Shown here in pieces: positions 61,243 through 64,000 of a DNA stretch of 64,000 bases. The translations under genes were made by a program, and so were the position numbers. Location: the NCBI GenBank assembly GCA_963700285.1, contig CAVOXA010000001.1:256001-320000 (forward strand), written 5' to 3'. The notes beneath the pieces are model-generated. The model did not search any database and had not been told where the DNA came from. It was given only the letters and a program-made list of their open reading frames with translations. Numbering within the stretch: the stretch's first letter is position 1; each line of letters opens with the position of its first letter. Source of the stretch: an uncultured Chloroflexia bacterium. Its GTDB lineage: Bacteria; Chloroflexota; Anaerolineae; JAAYZQ01.

Positions 61243-63803
61243 CTATTGCTTGGGCTGTACCTGCTGTTCGGCCCAGTCGGGTGGATAGATGATTCTTGCC
61301 TTCACCGTCAAAGTACTGGAGGACGGGGAAGATATAGTAGCCCTTGCCCACAACCGGATCGGGAGTTGTCTCGGGCGTGTACTCGTAGCGGCTCATGACG
61401 ATGCCTTCGGTGTAGGCCCAGTCGCCGGTCCAGACGTTGTCCTTGACAAAGTTGTAGATCGACTCGCTGGTCAGCTCGCCCGCCTCGCGGCAGACGGCCT
61501 TGGCCACAGAGATGAAAAAGTTGCTGCCATCGTAGGACAGGCCAGCCGGCCGAGGGCTGGGTGGGAAGCCCTGTTCGGCCTCAAAGCGCTCGGCAAAGGC
61601 CTTGCCTTCGGCGGTCGCCCAGCCGGGGATCTGGTCGACCACATAGTTGGACGCGCTGCCGGTCAGGTCGTACCACTCGCCAACCCAGCCGAGGCCGTCG
61701 GCGATGATGAGGCTCTCCAGCCCGACCTCATCGGCCTGCTTGATAAAGGCGGACATGGAGGGCGCGGCAGTACTGGTGCCGGCGACGAGGGCCGGGTTGA
61801 GGTCGACGAACTTGTTGAGCAGCGGGTAGAACTCGGTCTGGTCGATGGGAAAGTACTGCTCGGCGACCGTCTGTCCAGCCGGCTTCCTCGAGCTGCCCCT
61901 TGATGGCGTTGCCAAAGCTGCGGCCCCAGTCGGTGTCCTCGCCATAGATGGCGACGGTCTTGGCCTCGGGGGCCCAGGCGCCGCTGGCGATCGCATCTTC
62001 CAGGGCCTGGACGTAGGAGATGCTCAGCTTGACCGGCGTGGGCCAGCCCTTGGTCGTCCAGTAGCCATACTTTTCCGGGTCGGAGTCAAACGTCTCGTTG
62101 ACGACCTCGGTAGCGCCAAAGCCAAAGAAGTGAGGCACCTTGTGCTTGGCGGTCACTTCCATGGCCGAGACGGCCACGGAGCTGTGCCAGTTGAGGACGC
62201 CGGCCTGGATGCCGTCCTGGACAACCGCCTGCTCGTAGGCCTGGGCGGCCTTGGCCGGGTCGGACTGGGAATCGACCCAGACCGGTTCGATCTTGTAATC
62301 GCCAGATCTGGCAGTCGATGTCTCCAAAGGCCATGTCTGACGCGAAGCCTTGAACTCGTCGCCGGTGCGGGCGCTGGGGCCGCTAAACGGGCCCAGGATG
62401 CCCAGCTTGAAGGTCTCGGTGGCCTCCATGGCCTCAGCGCTCGGCGCGTGCAGTCCCTTAGGGCGGTCGACCGTTGCTGTTACGGCCCACTCGGGCGGTA
62501 GACGACCTGGCCTTCGCCATCAAAGTACTGGAGGACGGGGAAGATGTAGTAGCCCTTGCCGACAACCGGGTCGGGCACGTCGTCCGACGTAGTCTTGTAT
62601 TCGCTCATGACGATGCCGTCGGTGTAGGTCCAATCACCGGTCCAGACCTTGTCCTTGACAAAGTGTATAGATCCCTTCGCTGGTCAACTCGCCGGTCTGA
62701 CTCGCATACAGCTTCAGCCAAGGCGATGAAGAAGCGGCTACCGTCGTAGGACAGCCCAGCGGCCGAGGGCTGGGCGGGAAGCCCTGTTCGGCTTCAAAGC
62801 GTTCGGCAAAGGCCTTGCCCTCGGCGGTCGCCCAGCCGGGGATCTGGTCGAGGACATAGTTGGAGGCGCTGCCGGTGAGGTCGTACCACTCGCCGAAACC
62901 AGCCCAGGCCGTCGGCGATGATCAGGCTCTCCAGCCCGACCTCGTCAGCCTGCTTGATAAAGGCGGACATGGTAGGCGCGGCGGTGCTGGTGCCGGCGAC
63001 GACGGCGGGGTTGAGGTCGACGAACTTGTTGAGGAGCGGGTAGAACTCGGTCTGGTCGATGCCAAAGTACTCCTCGGCCACCGTCGTCCAGCCGGCTTCC
63101 TCGAGCTGGCTCCTTGATGGCATTGCCAAAGGAGCGGCCCCAGTCGGTGTCCTCGCCATAGATGGCGACGGTCTTGTCCTCGGGCGACCAGGCGCCGCTG
63201 GCGATGGCGTCTTCGAGGGCCTGGACGTAGGAGATGCTCAGCTTCTTGGGCGTAGGCCAGCCCTTGAACATCCAGTAGCCGTACTTTTCGGGGTCAGAAG
63301 CAAATGTCTCGTTGACGACCTCGGTGGCGCCAAAGCCAAAGAAGTGGGGGACCTTGTGCTTGGCGGTCTGCTCCATGGCCGAGACGGCTACGGAGCTGTG
63401 CCAGTTCAGGACGCCGGCCTGGATGCCGTCCTGGACGACGGCCTGCTCGTAGGCCTGGGCGGCCTTGGCCGGGTCGGACTGCGAGTCGATCCAGACCGGC
63501 TCGATCTTGTACTGGCAGATCTGCCAGTCGATGTCGCCAAAGGCCATGTTGACGGAGGCCTTGAACTCGTCGCCGGTGCGGGCGCTGGGGCCGCTAAACG
63601 GTCCCAGGATGCCCAGCTTGAAGGTACCCTCTGCTTCAGGCATGGGCTCTGCCGCTTCCTCCTTGGTGGGTTCCGCTGCTGCCGGCGCGTCGGTTCAGGC
63701 GCAGCTGGTTCGGCTGGCTCCTGGGTCGCCCCGCAGCCAGCGACCGCAAAGACGAGCCCTATGATGATCACCATCGGCAGGAGCTTTTGCATAGACGTGA
63801 CAT
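61243..63803 (-). CDS. Lipoprotein ABC substrate-binding protein with two tandem LivJ-type domains (indels)
   Basis: Lipobox VAGC at the N-terminus only; FKLGILGPFSGPSARTGDEF, WHSSVA, EDTDWG and PVLQYFDGEG each occur twice (~62470-63640 and ~61243-62430). Confidence 0.8.
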
Positions 63804-64000
63804 TGTTTCTTTCCTCCTTATTGATCTGAGTTTAGGATAACTGTGCCAGTTACTGTGGGCCTGGAACCAAGCCACCGGAAACGTCAGAAGAAAAACGGCA
63901 GCAGCCACCTCCTTTCTAACAAGAGCTGAGGTCAGGGTTGAAGTCACTTGCTCTTCAGCTCTCTGCCTACCCTCAACTTTGGTCACTGAACGAACCTATT

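Noticed and set aside
9560-63803. Many frameshifted genes (hisD, hisC, hisA, both CNNM genes, AKR, tetR, EamA, QueG-like, MttB3/4, OCD, liv genes) read as pseudogenes or programmed frameshifts
   Set aside because: The breaks are single-base indels, some in homopolymers, in full-length genes with intact motifs, and they cluster regionally. This pattern fits long-read consensus error; raw reads are needed to be certain.

Overview
GC-rich bacterial genomic window, most likely Chloroflexota (Anaerolineae-like; inferred from gene content and palindromic repeat types). Many conserved genes are broken by single-base indels, which look like long-read assembly errors rather than real pseudogenes. Left to right: (1) a double-HAD hydrolase and a SIMPL/DUF541 gene; (2) a small accessory island with a cytoplasmic metzincin-like protease plus partner gene, two transposase remnants and a decayed PIN toxin-antitoxin pair; (3) a histidine operon hisZ-hisG-hisD-hisC::hisB fusion-purH-hisH-hisA, preceded by a His-His-His leader peptide and attenuator-like terminator, with hisF-hisIE transcribed convergently and a MITE inserted in a hairpin loop between them; (4) ybaK, two tandem CNNM/HlyC transporters and a TetR / aldo-keto reductase / aldehyde:ferredoxin oxidoreductase operon; (5) a MalT-like LuxR ATPase upstream of a small conserved gene, MFS, PepA, AbgT, triple-META lipoprotein, GluR0-like channel and alpha/beta hydrolase; (6) a ~23 kb minus-strand cluster for corrinoid-dependent demethylation: Liv-type ABC transporter with a duplicated binding domain, FAD oxidoreductase, four non-pyrrolysine MttB-family methyltransferases, two corrinoid proteins, ornithine cyclodeaminase, DUF1638, HyuA-like ATPase, GntR, QueG-like Fe-S protein, RamA/RACE activator and EamA transporter. 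No rRNA, tRNA or CRISPR array was recognised.
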